Below, piece by piece: positions 12,648-23,175 of a stretch of DNA of 64,000 bases; within the stretch, counting starts at the first letter, position 1; each line of letters begins with the position of its first letter. The translations under genes and the position numbers were made by a program. The stretch comes from an uncultured delta proteobacterium (GTDB lineage: Bacteria > Desulfobacterota > Binatia > UBA9968): the NCBI GenBank assembly GCA_963728565.1, contig CAVSLC010000019.1, positions 64,001 to 128,000 of the forward strand. The letters are read 5' to 3'. Under the pieces are notes generated by a model. It was given only the letters and a program-made list of their open reading frames with translations, was not told where the DNA came from and did not search any database.

Positions 12648-14087
12648 CTAGCGCCGGAGTAAGGTTCTGCTGTCGTCCAGGAGCGCCAACAATTTCTTGC
12701 CGAAATCGGCGTTGTCGTAATATCCTTTGAATTGTTCTGAGCCGACTCCAAGTGCCGCGACCGCAACCGGATTGTTGGTATGAGAGGATGTCTGCCAATA
12801 AGCCTGGGTGTTGTTGGCGATCATCAATCCGAGAGCATGAGCGGTTGGATCGATATACAGCGTGCGCGACGGCGGCTGGCGGGCGATGATCGCTTGTTTG
12901 AATTCCGGCGCCAGCGTGAATCCGCTGAAGTGCTCCCGCATCAGTTTATCGATGGCCTCTTCCGTAGGCGCCGGTCCGAGAATTCGCGACGCTTGCTGAA
13001 GCGAAATGGTGATGGCTTGAAGCTTCTTTAGGTCCGCGTTGGTGGCGGCTGCCTGGTTGTCCGATCTTGTGCTGCTTAGATCTTTTAAAGCCATGGTAAA
13101 ACCCAACCCGCCGGTCTCATGATCCGAGGTAACCAGGATCAGGGTCTCGCGCGGGTACTTCTTGTAAAACTCGTAGGCGAGTGCGACGGCGCGGTCGAAT
13201 TCGCGGTAATCATGGATCACGGCCGCGATATCGGAGAGATGGCTCGCGGTATCGATGTTCTCGTTTTCTATGAATGCGAAAAATCCATGTGGATTAGCAT
13301 CGTGCAGATTACGAATCGCGGCATGGGTCATGTCGTAGACCGATGGCTCAATGTTTTTTTTGCGTTCAATCTCAAAGCTCATCTCTTTATCGCTGAACAG
13401 GCCGAGAAGTTTGCCACCTGAAGCCCGCTCAAGCTCGAGTTTGTTGCTAACCTTCTGATAGCCCTTTTTTTGAAAGGCGGCGATCGCATCGGTTTCGTCG
13501 TTGCGCCGGCTTCCGGGTTGGCCCTTGGGCACAAAGTGCTCTTTGCCACCGCCGAGAATGACATCCGGCTCGAGCTCAAGATAACGATCGATGATCGAGG
13601 CGAAATGCCGACGATTGGGAACATGGCAGACAAATGCCGCGGGACTGGCGTCGTAGACGGTTGAATTCGTTACAAGGCCGATGCGCATGCCGCGTTTTTT
13701 CGCCTGCTCCATCACGGTACTCGGTACGGAGCCGTCGGCGCACACACCCAAGGCGCCGATGTTGGCTTTACACCCACTGGCCAGAGCGGTGGCCGCGGCG
13801 GCGGAATCCGTGGAAAGAGAATTCGCCGCATGCGTAGTCATTAGCCCGACGCTTCCTTCCTTCATGATCCTGTCGCTGATCACCATTCCTTCATTATACA
13901 CTTGTCGGTTGTATTGCCGGGTGATTTCGAGGTGGGCGATGCCGCCGCCGTCAGCAAGGAATAAAAAAACGTACTTAGGAGACGCCGATTGGCTTTGCCC
14001 CGCGCCCGCTCTGATTGCCAGCCAGCCGCCAACTAGCAGCGAGAGCGCGACAGCGCTGGCGAGTGAGCGACGAAAAAATTGCGTCAT
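12648..14087 (-). CDS. Alkaline phosphatase (PhoA family), secreted
   Basis: Signal peptide; FLADG, TDSAAAATA (catalytic Ser), DASPAAF, IDTASH, TSDHETGG, HT; ATG lies 1 nt after the pcs stop. Confidence 0.88.
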   Translation of the reverse strand: MTQFFRRSLASAVALSLLVGGWLAIRAGAGQSQSASPKYVFLFLADGGGIAHLEITRQYNRQVYNEGMVISDRIMKEGSVGLMTTHAANSLSTDSAAAATALASGCKANIGALGVCADGSVPSTVMEQAKKRGMRIGLVTNSTVYDASPAAFVCHVPNRRHFASIIDRYLELEPDVILGGGKEHFVPKGQPGSRRNDETDAIAAFQKKGYQKVSNKLELERASGGKLLGLFSDKEMSFEIERKKNIEPSVYDMTHAAIRNLHDANPHGFFAFIENENIDTASHLSDIAAVIHDYREFDRAVALAYEFYKKYPRETLILVTSDHETGGLGFTMALKDLSSTRSDNQAAATNADLKKLQAITISLQQASRILGPAPTEEAIDKLMREHFSGFTLAPEFKQAIIARQPPSRTLYIDPTAHALGLMIANNTQAYWQTSSHTNNPVAVAALGVGSEQFKGYYDNADFGKKLLALLDDSRTLLRR

Positions 14088-14088
14088 C

Positions 14089-14805
14089 CTAACCTGGACT
14101 TTCGTTATGTTTGATTCTGACCCGGCGCAATTCAAGCCAGAAGGAAAGGCAGAGGTAGTAAACTGGAAAGATAAGAGAGACCAAGACAATTGTACGCGGT
14201 GGGTCAGGCAGCCAGTAAATTATAGCCAAAATCGCAAGGCCCCAGAGAATGCCCAGAGTGTTTGTCCATGAACGCAAGTACGGGCTCCGGCTTGGATAAA
14301 TATATCTAATCGGCACGAACACAAGGATCGCTAACGCCAGAACCAAAAAGGCGTTGAACCAAAGCGGCGCCCTCAGAACGTAGAGGTACAAAGCCACAAT
14401 ATTCCAGTACGAGGGAAACCCCAAGAAAAAATGATCGGCCGTTTTGGCTTGTTTCTGACAGAAGCCGTAAGCGCTTGCCAGCAAAGGAAAAGCAATCAAC
14501 CAGAGCGCATCCTGAGGCGGCAACAAATTGGCGCGGATCAGCAACAGACACGGCACGACGACATAGTTAAAGTAATCAATGATGTCTTCCAGGCGGTCTC
14601 CATCGAAGTTCGGCAGCAACTCTTTGACCCGCGCGGCTCTCGCCAGAGTGCCATCCGAAGCGTCGATGGCGACGGCTAATGTCATTAGAAAAAAAGCTTC
14701 TTGAAAACGAAGTTCTTCGATGAAGAGAATCGCTATAAAGGCGATGACTGCCCCGAGGGCGCTGAAAAGATGAACTAGCCAAGCGAAGATCAGGCGGGCG
14801 GTCAT
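14089..14805 (-). CDS. pcs: Phosphatidylcholine synthase-like CDP-alcohol phosphatidyltransferase
   Basis: VHLFSALG, DASDGTLARAARVKELLPNFDG.RLEDIIDY, ASAYGF, KT.DHFFLGFPSYWN. Confidence 0.8.
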   Translation of the reverse strand: MTARLIFAWLVHLFSALGAVIAFIAILFIEELRFQEAFFLMTLAVAIDASDGTLARAARVKELLPNFDGDRLEDIIDYFNYVVVPCLLLIRANLLPPQDALWLIAFPLLASAYGFCQKQAKTADHFFLGFPSYWNIVALYLYVLRAPLWFNAFLVLALAILVFVPIRYIYPSRSPYLRSWTNTLGILWGLAILAIIYWLPDPPRTIVLVSLIFPVYYLCLSFWLELRRVRIKHNESPG

Positions 14806-14813
14806 CCAACCGC

Positions 14814-15422
14814 TTATGTCGCTGAAGCGGCAAAGCTGGGCCGCGCTTTCAGACGTTCGATCCAGCCAATTGTGTTTTTATACTTCGGATCGACAGCGAT
14901 ACCAAAACGATCCAGCAGGTCGATGTTCGGCATAAAAGCTATATCGCCAAGACTGAAAGCTCCGGCCAAATACTCTTTCCCTTCCAATTCCCGTTCGATT
15001 CGGTCGAACGCCTTTGCAATTTCTGCCTTCGCGGCGTCCATCCGCTGGCTATCCCTTTCGGCTTCCGGTTTGCGAATTTCTTGAATGATGTGAACAAAGT
15101 AAGCATTGAAGTGATTGTCGCGAAAATCCTCCATCAAGCGCGCCCGGGCACGTCCTTCCGAGTCTTCGGGCATTAATGGCGGATAAGGATACTCATCTTC
15201 GAGGTATTCGTTGATGATGGTCGAATCGTAGATAATAAATCCTTCGTCGTCCAAAGTTGGAATCTGACCGAACGGATGAAGTTTGAGGTACTCCGGGTTT
15301 TTCTGCTCTCGCTTGGTAAGATCCACATTGACTCGCTCGAATTCCAATCCTTTCTCAATCAGCGCGATTCTAACTTTGCGGGAATTGGTCGACGGGGGGA
15401 AAGTATACAACTTGATCATCAT
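14814..15422 (-). CDS. Glutathione S-transferase family protein
   Basis: STNSRKVRIAL.EKG, HPFGQIPTL, YDSTIINEYLED, YLAG.FSLGDIA, RPSF. Confidence 0.93.
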   Translation of the reverse strand: MMIKLYTFPPSTNSRKVRIALIEKGLEFERVNVDLTKREQKNPEYLKLHPFGQIPTLDDEGFIIYDSTIINEYLEDEYPYPPLMPEDSEGRARARLMEDFRDNHFNAYFVHIIQEIRKPEAERDSQRMDAAKAEIAKAFDRIERELEGKEYLAGAFSLGDIAFMPNIDLLDRFGIAVDPKYKNTIGWIERLKARPSFAASAT

Positions 15423-15650
15423 CAGCCTCCTAGAAGTGTCACCACAGCCTTCAGTGAAATTATACTAACATAAGGTATTACACGCTGCGAGCATTTTTCC
15501 TAAGGCTGGCGCCGAAAACATGTGTATTTACCGGCGCAGATTCGGGAGGATGGTCCCTCCAAGAGGAAGAGTTATCGCTTCCGCCGGTGCTTGATCTAGT
15601 TCTTCGTTCAACATCGAAGCAGTTTTTACGCCGGCGACTCACCGCACGGG

Positions 15651-17499
15651 CTAACCCCGAGCCCGAAGCACTGCCTTAAGCTTGAGCGGTTGCCTTTCTC
15701 TAAGCACGATGATCTCGACCTCATCACCAGGTTTCTTGCTGACTAAGGCGAGCATCAAATCCTCCAGATTCTGAACCTTGGTTTCAGCCAACATGACGAT
15801 CACATCTCCCTCACGAAGACCGGCTAGCGCAGCCGGGCTTCCGGCCGAAACTCCGGCGAGCCGCACCCCTTCATCCGCCCCCGAATAGTCCGGAATACTG
15901 CCAAGATAGCTCGTCGAAGCCGGGCCTTCGCTGATCGCCTGTGCGCGCGGTAATGATGGCGGGCTGACAAATTTCAATGGTGCATTGGTGTTGGCAATTG
16001 ACCGAATCGTAGCCACAAGCAGCTCGCTAATCTTCGCCATTCCTTCCAGATTGAGCTTGTCCCAAGTATCGCCGGGCGCATGATAATCGGAATGCACGCC
16101 AGTAAAGAAATGAAGCGCGGGAATCTTTTTGCTGTAAAAAGACATGTGATCGCTCCGTCCGATCCCATCGGCCTCGACAATCTCCAGTCCCAATTCCGTA
16201 GCCGCACTCTTTACGATGCCGCTAAATTCTTGGGCAGTACGTGTGCCGAAAACGGTCACTCGTCGCTCGCGTAAACGGCCCACCATGTCGAGGTTGATCA
16301 TCGCCTTCGTCGAAGCTAGCGGGACGGCGGGATGATTGACATAGTGTCGCGATCCGAACAGTCCTAACTCCTCCGCCGAGAAGGCGGCAAAGACGATCGT
16401 CCTTGCCGGTTTGATATCGCTTTCGCTCAGTTGCCGCGCGAGATCCAGCAGTACAGCAGTGCCCGAGGCATTGTCATCGGCGCCATGATGAATCTGTCCC
16501 TCAGTGCTCGAATTGCGCGTGCCATAGTGGCCAAAGCCGATGTGATCGTAATGCGCGCCAATCACCACACTCTCATTTCTTAGATGAGGATCCGAACCGG
16601 GAAGAACGGCGACAACGTTCTCCGTGGGCTGGCGAATCTCTTCCAGATTCACCTCTAATTTCACCGTACTGGCGGGCACCTCCATGCGACGCCGGTTTTC
16701 CCTCAGAATCGATTTTGCCGCGCAACTCTGTTAGCGAAACACCATGGCTCTCCAACCATTTTTCGATTGGTGCGCGCCGCGCCTGCGCGGCTACCAAACC
16801 GGTGCCGCCGCGCCACAAGCTGTTTTTGGTGGAGATGAGTTCACCTTTGGCATTGTCTTGATGATGCAAATCCACCAAGATCATGCCGATAGCGCCGTGA
16901 TCCCGCGCATTATTTGCTTTGGTACGGAGCGCAGCGTGAACCGAATTGTTAGGATAGTTACGGAACGGACTGTTGGCGTGCTTGGGCGGCGGTTCGTACC
17001 GCAGGACAATGACAATTTTTCCTTTGGCATCAATGTCCCGATAGTCATCATAGCCATACTCTTTTATGGTAATGCCATAGCCGGCGAAAACGACTGGGGC
17101 TTCTACTTTTTTTGAAGCGGAAAAACCTAATGGAGTCCAATCCTGGTTCAATGTCAGAGCTGGTTGATTGTCCAACGCGAGACTTGTAGGCTGATTAACC
17201 CTTACACCCGTGGCAACTTCAAAGGATTGCAGGTAGCTGCCGTTGTCACCTCCAGGTGTCAGGCCGAGCCTGGCAAACTCACTGGCGATGTAGTCACGGG
17301 CAACCCTTATACCAGGAGTATCGATGCCTCGGCCCGTGAGCTTCTCGGATGCGAGGAAGCGGGCATGAGTTGTCAGAAAGTTAACGCTCGAGGTTAGAGA
17401 CGGGATATCGAGAGGCCAAGCAGAAAACGCAAACAGTAAGCCGAGACCAACAGAAAGTCTCAAGTACGCAAGCTCGCTTGGAGTCATAATGTTTTGCAA
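15651..17499 (-). CDS. M28 family aminopeptidase with PA and PDZ domains (one frameshift near 16686)
   Basis: Two ORFs join into LAS..LTGR, PA domain (FAGYGI, DAKGKIVIVLRYEP), GAHYDHIG, GADDNASG, SAEELGLFGS, NLDMVGR, RSDH, DYH and PDZ (YLGSIPD, SPAALAGL..GDVI). Confidence 0.9.
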
Positions 17500-17712
17500 T
17501 TCGCATATTTATTTTTTAAGTCTCTGTTCAGAGATGACAAAGCTGTCAGTAAATTAACAAACCGGCTCAGCCTTTGAAACATGCAACCCGCATCGGCAAT
17601 GCACCGAAGCTTATTCGGTGATTGGAGGTAACCTTGCGATAGCCGACGCAACGTCTTTCATCACAAGTTGCAAAAAGATACTATGAGTGGAAATTGCTCA
17701 TGGAGGTAAGGA

Positions 17713-17955
17713 ATGGCGGCAAAAACAATCGTCGTCTACACGCAGCCGGGTTGAGGACCTTGTCACAAGGAGGTGGAGTTTCTATCTCAAAAGGGCGTCG
17801 AGTTCGTGGAAAAAAATGTGCGCGCCGATAAGGCGGCATTAAAAGAGTTGATTGACATGGGCTATCAAAGCACGCCTGTGACGATCGTCGACGGGGAAGC
17901 GGTAGTCGGCTTTGATCAGATTAAAATAATGGAGCTCATCGGCATCAAAACCTGA
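17713..17955 (+). CDS. Glutaredoxin/NrdH-like selenoprotein (U-G-P-C), 80 aa; TGA at 17752-17754 read as selenocysteine
   Basis: SD GGAGG then ATG; MAAKTIVVYTQPG-U-GPCHKEVEFLSQKGVEF.EKNV...GYQSTPVTIVDGEAVVGFD; the TGA sits at the first Cys of the CxxC motif. Confidence 0.88.
17755..17796 (+). promoter_or_regulatory. Bacterial SECIS-like hairpin
   Basis: Stem GAGGTGGA (17770-17777) / TCTATCTC (17781-17788) with apical loop GTT starting 23 nt after the UGA; possible lower stem CCTT/AAGG. Confidence 0.65.
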
Positions 17956-18137
17956 GCGGTCGAACTTTGCGCAGCAGGCATGAGTCTAGAAGTCGCGGGA
18001 CTAGATTCGAAATGACTCTCAATGGGTCCACTATCGGATGTGAGAATCAGAATGTATGCTTTGCGGTGAGGAGCAGTTTGTTCAAATTTTATCACTGATG
18101 GCTTCTCGGTTCGTTCTGACCCGCGCATCGCTGCAAG

Positions 18138-18507
18138 TTAATAACCCAGCTTTTCGATTTGATCGTCGTCCATACCGAAGTAGTGGCCGATCTCGTGTAT
18201 CACGGTAAGTCGAATCTGTTCGCGCAGTTCGTCGGGATCGGGGAAGTCGATGCGCAGAGGTTCGGAGAACAGAGTTATTTTGTCCGGCAGGATAAGGCGG
18301 ATCGAACGCGGACCGGTGGGGCAAAGGGACTCCTTCGTAGAGCCCGTAGATGACCTCTTCGTGAGAATCTAAATCCATTTCCGCCAACTGATGTCTGCTC
18401 GGTCTTTTCTGCACTACGATCTCGAGATTATGCAACTGCCTTCGGAACTCCTCGGGTAATTCGTCGAGCACGCGGGCAGCTTCTTCTCTTAATTCTTTGT
18501 CATTCAA
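18138..18507 (-). CDS. Zincin-like minimal metallopeptidase (one frameshift near 18295)
   Basis: LDELPEEF, GLYEGVPL, then in shifted frame LPDKITLF..P...IRLTVIHEIGHYFGMDDDQIEKLGY-stop (HExxH). Confidence 0.85.
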
Positions 18508-19738
18508 TGCTAGAATGCTTGCACGAATGGACGGTCGAGTTCAAGGAGTATCCCTGCGGAAATCATTCCTCGCGCTGTGCGGTCTGTTTGCCTGGTTGTT
18601 ACTCGGAATTCAACTGGTTCATGGCCAGATCGTCGCATCCCCGCTGCCGATCACGGACGACCTCGATCGTGAGTCACTCCGGCTCGCTATCGATCGCAGC
18701 ATATCGTATCTGAGGAAGCTTCCAGCGGATCGCGTCGTCGGAGAGCAACCCCGGCAAGTTAGCGCCGGACAAGTCCTGACCAGCCTTGCCGCTCTCCATC
18801 GAGTGCTTGATCGCTGGAGTTGTTGGCAGTGTTTCGTTGAAGAATTTCAATCCCGTTTTGAATTGGTACCGTCAAGCCAAGATGAGCAGCAGAGAGAAGT
18901 GTTGTTTACCGGCTACTATCAACCGGTCATCGAAGGCAACCTTGTCGAAACCAGCGAATACCGCTATCCGATCTATGGCAAACCGACGGATCTGGTAACC
19001 CTTGGTGGCGTTGCGGCAGGTTCCGACGAAACTGCAAGAAAAATCACCGGGCGAGTCGAGGGCGAGCAATTCGTTCCTTACTACACTCGCCGTGAGATCG
19101 ACCACGCTAAGTTGTTGCGCGGGCGCGGGCTTGAGATCGCCTGGGTCAAGGATCCCATCGAGTTATTCTTTCTTCACATCCAGGGTTCAGGTGTTTTGCG
19201 CCTGCCGGATGGAAGGCAGGTGCATATCGGTTATGCCGGTCAAAACGGCCGTCCGTATCGGAGCATCGGCCGGCTACTCATCGACCAAGGCAAAATCTCC
19301 CAAACCGAGATGTCGATGCAGCGCTTACGCCGTCACTTGGCGGAAAATCCTGAGCAGCGCGACGAGATCATGGCGCATAATGAGAGCTACGTCTTTTTCC
19401 GGGTTACTGAAAGCGGTCCTTTTGGCAGTCTCGAAGTGCCGGTGACTGCGGGACGATCGATTGCGACCGATTCTCGTCTTTTTCCAAAGGGAGCCGCGGC
19501 GCTGATCTACAGTGAAAGTCCGGTTCTGAATGGCGCCGGGCGATTGATCGGTTGGCGGCCTTTTGTTCGCTTCGTGCTCAATCAAGATACCGGCGGGGCG
19601 ATCCGCGGTTTTCATCGGGCGGATCTGTATATGGGCAGCGGTGATGATGCGGGCGCTCACGCGGGTTATATGAATAGCCCCGGGAAGATTTATTTTCTGA
19701 TGTTGAAGAACTCAGGCCGGGGAGCGCTACCTCGTTAA
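18497..19738 (+). CDS. mltA: Membrane-bound lytic murein transglycosylase A (true start probably downstream)
   Basis: FTGYYQP, FFLHIQGSG, GYAGQNGRPY.SIG, SYVFF, SIATD, QDTGGAI.G..RADLY.G.G (3D domain). Confidence 0.92.
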   Translation: MSFNARMLARMDGRVQGVSLRKSFLALCGLFAWLLLGIQLVHGQIVASPLPITDDLDRESLRLAIDRSISYLRKLPADRVVGEQPRQVSAGQVLTSLAALHRVLDRWSCWQCFVEEFQSRFELVPSSQDEQQREVLFTGYYQPVIEGNLVETSEYRYPIYGKPTDLVTLGGVAAGSDETARKITGRVEGEQFVPYYTRREIDHAKLLRGRGLEIAWVKDPIELFFLHIQGSGVLRLPDGRQVHIGYAGQNGRPYRSIGRLLIDQGKISQTEMSMQRLRRHLAENPEQRDEIMAHNESYVFFRVTESGPFGSLEVPVTAGRSIATDSRLFPKGAAALIYSESPVLNGAGRLIGWRPFVRFVLNQDTGGAIRGFHRADLYMGSGDDAGAHAGYMNSPGKIYFLMLKNSGRGALPR

Positions 19739-19828
19739 AGAGAGAGGCAGACTCCCCGTTCATCCTGAGCGCGGTTTGCTCTTGAAACTATACTGGCCGG
19801 AAGAGTAGCGTACTGAAATACTTCGAAT

Positions 19829-20701
19829 ATGGAACGACACAGCGAGACGCGGCGGCTCAAGTTGGCGCTCGCCATCAGCCTCGGCTACTTCTTCGCGGAG
19901 CTAATTGCGGGTTTTCTCACCAATAGCCTGGCCTTGCTTTCTGATGCCGGGCATATGCTGTCCGATATTGGCGCCATTGTCGTCAGTCTTTTTGCCTTTC
20001 GAATGGCGCGGCGGCCGGCTACGGCGGAGAGCACCTACGGCTATCATCGCGCGGAAATTTTAGCCGCCCTTTTTAATGGTCTGGCACTCTGGCTGATTGT
20101 TGGGGTGATTTTTGCCGCGGCGTACAATCGACTCAACAATCCACCGGAAGTAGAGAGCCTCGGCATGATCATTGTCGCTACAGTCGGTCTGATGGTGAAC
20201 ATTGCCGCCGGCTTCATTCTCTACGAATCGCATCACCATAATCTCAATCTTCACGGCGCGTTCATGCATGTGATCAGTGATGCCATTGGCTCCGTGGGCG
20301 CCATTGTCGCCGGGCTTATGATGTATTTTACCGCTTGGTATCTGGCCGATCCGTTGATCAGTGTCTTTATCGGCTTGTTGATCCTGTACTCGTCATGGAA
20401 CTTGATTAGAGAGGCATTGAGTATTCTTATGCAGTCGGTTCCCAAAACGATTCGACTCGAAGAAGTCCAGCGCACCATCGAGGATGTGAAAGGTGTCATG
20501 GCGGTTCACGATCTTCATGTTTGGGCGGTGACTTCGGGGATCTTCACCCTCAGCGCACACGCCGTCATTGTCAACGGCGAAGATTTCCATGAAGTTTTGA
20601 ACGGTATTGAAGAAACCCTCAAGCAGCGTTTCGGCATCGAGCACACGACCATCCAATTGGAAACCGAAAGCCGCGAAGAGACGGAGTTCAAAGGTTTTTA
20701 G
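19829..20701 (+). CDS. Cation diffusion facilitator (ZitB/CzcD-like)
   Basis: SLALLSDAGHMLSD, TYGYHRAE, HVISD, HDLHVW, HTTIQLE. Confidence 0.93.
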   Translation: MERHSETRRLKLALAISLGYFFAELIAGFLTNSLALLSDAGHMLSDIGAIVVSLFAFRMARRPATAESTYGYHRAEILAALFNGLALWLIVGVIFAAAYNRLNNPPEVESLGMIIVATVGLMVNIAAGFILYESHHHNLNLHGAFMHVISDAIGSVGAIVAGLMMYFTAWYLADPLISVFIGLLILYSSWNLIREALSILMQSVPKTIRLEEVQRTIEDVKGVMAVHDLHVWAVTSGIFTLSAHAVIVNGEDFHEVLNGIEETLKQRFGIEHTTIQLETESREETEFKGF

Positions 20702-20762
20702 TGCAGCCCGGAAGTTTGGTCGGAAGATTTTCTGGAGGCGCGGCAATTAACACTGCTTCGAC

Positions 20763-22019
20763 TCAGGAGACGCTTGGGCTAACCAGAGCGGACTTGCGTG
20801 ACGGCAGCAAGAGCGCCATTAACGCTACGCTGACTAAAGAAAGCAATCCAAGTATCCAGAAAATTGTCGGCAGCTCTGCGGTTATCAAGAGCAAGCCGAC
20901 CACGGACGTTGAGATAGTTTTGGAAGCCTGTTGAATCAAGCGATCGAAAGACACGATGCCGCCGCGCATTTGAAGCGGGGCATTCTGCGTGAGCAGGCTC
21001 TTTTGCATCGGCGAGATGACACCGTTGGCGATGCCATAAAAAAATAACGCGCCGCCTACCAACCAGACGCCGGGCATAAACGGCACCGCCACCAACGCGA
21101 TGCCACTGACCAAGAAGGCGATAAACAGTACCCGGGCCTTGTCTCTGCCCGCCGCCAGTCTCCCTGCCTGACTGGAAGTAATCATAGCGCCCGCTGAAAA
21201 AAAGACATACAACAAGCCCGCTGTTGCCGTTGAGATGCCATGGGTGCGCACAAGAAAAAGGGGAAAGTAAGTCAGAAATCCATAGTCAAGGAAGAAGCGC
21301 AAGAAACCCGCCGAAAAAGCTACGACTAATCGGGGATGGCGCATTAGCTTGAGCATCTCGCCCAAATAGGCGCGGGTTCCGCTGGTTACCCTGCCTTTGG
21401 TTTCGGGCATCCAGAAAAACGTCATGATCCCCAACGGCACGGTGATGATATAAAGAGTGAAAGGCCAGTACCAGGCAAACGCAGCCAACAGTCCGCCCAG
21501 CGGCGGCAGGATCATGTAGCCGATGCGATCGAGAAACACCTTCAAACCTTGTCCGGCGATCTCCTCGTCGCCATCGAGCAGATCGCCTATCAGCACAATC
21601 GTGAGCGGAATGACGGCGCTGAAACCAATTCCCTGAATCGCGCGAAACACCAGCAGCCAGGTAAAGCTGGTCGCCAGTGCCATCGCCGTACCGCTGATGC
21701 CGAATAATATGAGACCGCCGGCGAGAAGCAATCTTCTGCCGTACATATCGGCGATCACGCCAAAGATCGGTGACAGCACAATGGCCGGCGCGGTGAAAAC
21801 AGTCATGATCAGCGAGAGAGCCGAATCGCTGATGCCGAAGGGCTCGGTCATTGCCGGCAAGGCGGGTTGTATGAAATTGACGCCCATCATGAGCGCCAGG
21901 CTTGCGGCATAAACCAAGCTTAGCGAGCGTCGCTTCTCCGGTGCCAGCATACCCAAGCCAAAAAAGCCGGCGATGGCAGACATCCGCCGCACGCTAGACC
22001 AATGCAGCGAGTGAGTCAA
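20763..22019 (-). CDS. MFS transporter (start uncertain)
   Basis: Motif A GVIADMYGRR, PALP in the first loop, about 12 hydrophobic segments. Confidence 0.88.
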   Translation of the reverse strand: MTHSLHWSSVRRMSAIAGFFGLGMLAPEKRRSLSLVYAASLALMMGVNFIQPALPAMTEPFGISDSALSLIMTVFTAPAIVLSPIFGVIADMYGRRLLLAGGLILFGISGTAMALATSFTWLLVFRAIQGIGFSAVIPLTIVLIGDLLDGDEEIAGQGLKVFLDRIGYMILPPLGGLLAAFAWYWPFTLYIITVPLGIMTFFWMPETKGRVTSGTRAYLGEMLKLMRHPRLVVAFSAGFLRFFLDYGFLTYFPLFLVRTHGISTATAGLLYVFFSAGAMITSSQAGRLAAGRDKARVLFIAFLVSGIALVAVPFMPGVWLVGGALFFYGIANGVISPMQKSLLTQNAPLQMRGGIVSFDRLIQQASKTISTSVVGLLLITAELPTIFWILGLLSLVSVALMALLLPSRKSALVSPSVS

Positions 22020-22081
22020 ACGTATTTGCTGAAGTGCTGAAGTGATAAGGAGAGTTGCGAAAGAGCCGTGATGATTCTGTC

Positions 22082-23167
22082 TTAATTCTCCGAGGCGAAA
22101 AGCCTCTGCAGCCTTTTTAGCGCGTTCTCTTTCTCGTTTTTGTCAATTCGCGCTCGCTCCAATGTGCGGCGCAGAAATTCAACTGAGTCGTCGTATAGCT
22201 TGCAATCAACCGGATAGGGATGCCCGTCCTTGCCGCCGTGCGCGAAGCTAAATTTTACCGGGTCTTTCCAGGATGCGGCAGTGCCGTAGGCAAGATCAGC
22301 GATAAGAGTGAGAGCTCGCAAAGTTTTGGCGCCGACTCCCGGCATGCTCAATAGTTCTTCGAAGTTCGCGACTTTACGTTCGTAGGTTTTCAGCAGAATC
22401 TTTTCGATCGACTTCGGGTGAATGTCGCTGACGGAAACTTGATGATGCGAAGGCAACGACAATGTTTGCAGCCGTTGGATTTCGCCGATGAGTTTTTCCG
22501 GCCGCTCATGAGAGAGATCGGCAATCACCGACTGCGCCGCTTGACTCTCCGACGCAACAAGATTGAGCGCCCGCTCTTTGCGCAGATTGCTGCAGATCGC
22601 CGTGTGGGGCTCGAGAGTCATGGTCCGGACGTCTTCGCAGAACCAGTGGTAGCGCCGGGCAAACCGCTCGTTCATGCCTTGCTGCACCACTGCCCAGGAG
22701 CCGTTGAAAGTGCAAAAGAAACTGTGGTGATAAAGCTGGAATCCATCCTGAATTGCGTTGTTATCGATTTTAGCGGTGAGCCGGCTCAGGTAAACCAGGG
22801 CGTCGGCACTGCAATCCAGAGGATATTTCTCGCCTGCGGCGATAATCTCGCCAGGGGTTTTTCGGGAAGTCGCGCCTTTACCGCCGGCGATAAATAAGCC
22901 GAGTTCCTTCTCCCTGCCTTTGAGGCCTTCTTTAAGCGCGCCGCATACCGTGGTGGTCACGCCGGAAGAATGCCAGTCAAAGCCAAGAACGCAACCGAGA
23001 GACTGTAGCCAGTATGGATCGGCTATGCGTCGGAGGAATGCCTGGGGTCCGTCGTTTTCGATTATAAGGCGGGTGATCTCGCGGCCCAGCCTGACCATTC
23101 TTTGAAATAGCCATACAGGCGCCTTGCCGCCGTGGAGCGGGAGTTGAGCAATCCCGGTTTGTCGCAT
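22082..23167 (-). CDS. DUF763 family protein
   Basis: A.LPLHGGKAP.WLF.RM, GFDWHSSGVTT, GGKG..SRKTP, QDGFQLYHH, QQGM, DPVKFSFAHGGKDGHPYPV. Confidence 0.88.
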   Translation of the reverse strand: MRQTGIAQLPLHGGKAPVWLFQRMVRLGREITRLIIENDGPQAFLRRIADPYWLQSLGCVLGFDWHSSGVTTTVCGALKEGLKGREKELGLFIAGGKGATSRKTPGEIIAAGEKYPLDCSADALVYLSRLTAKIDNNAIQDGFQLYHHSFFCTFNGSWAVVQQGMNERFARRYHWFCEDVRTMTLEPHTAICSNLRKERALNLVASESQAAQSVIADLSHERPEKLIGEIQRLQTLSLPSHHQVSVSDIHPKSIEKILLKTYERKVANFEELLSMPGVGAKTLRALTLIADLAYGTAASWKDPVKFSFAHGGKDGHPYPVDCKLYDDSVEFLRRTLERARIDKNEKENALKRLQRLFASEN

Positions 23168-23175
23168 GGCCTACG

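Noticed and set aside
17773-17955. 60-aa ORF as the complete gene
   Set aside because: It lacks the redox motif; the upstream SD-led frame through TGA gives a full glutaredoxin fold.
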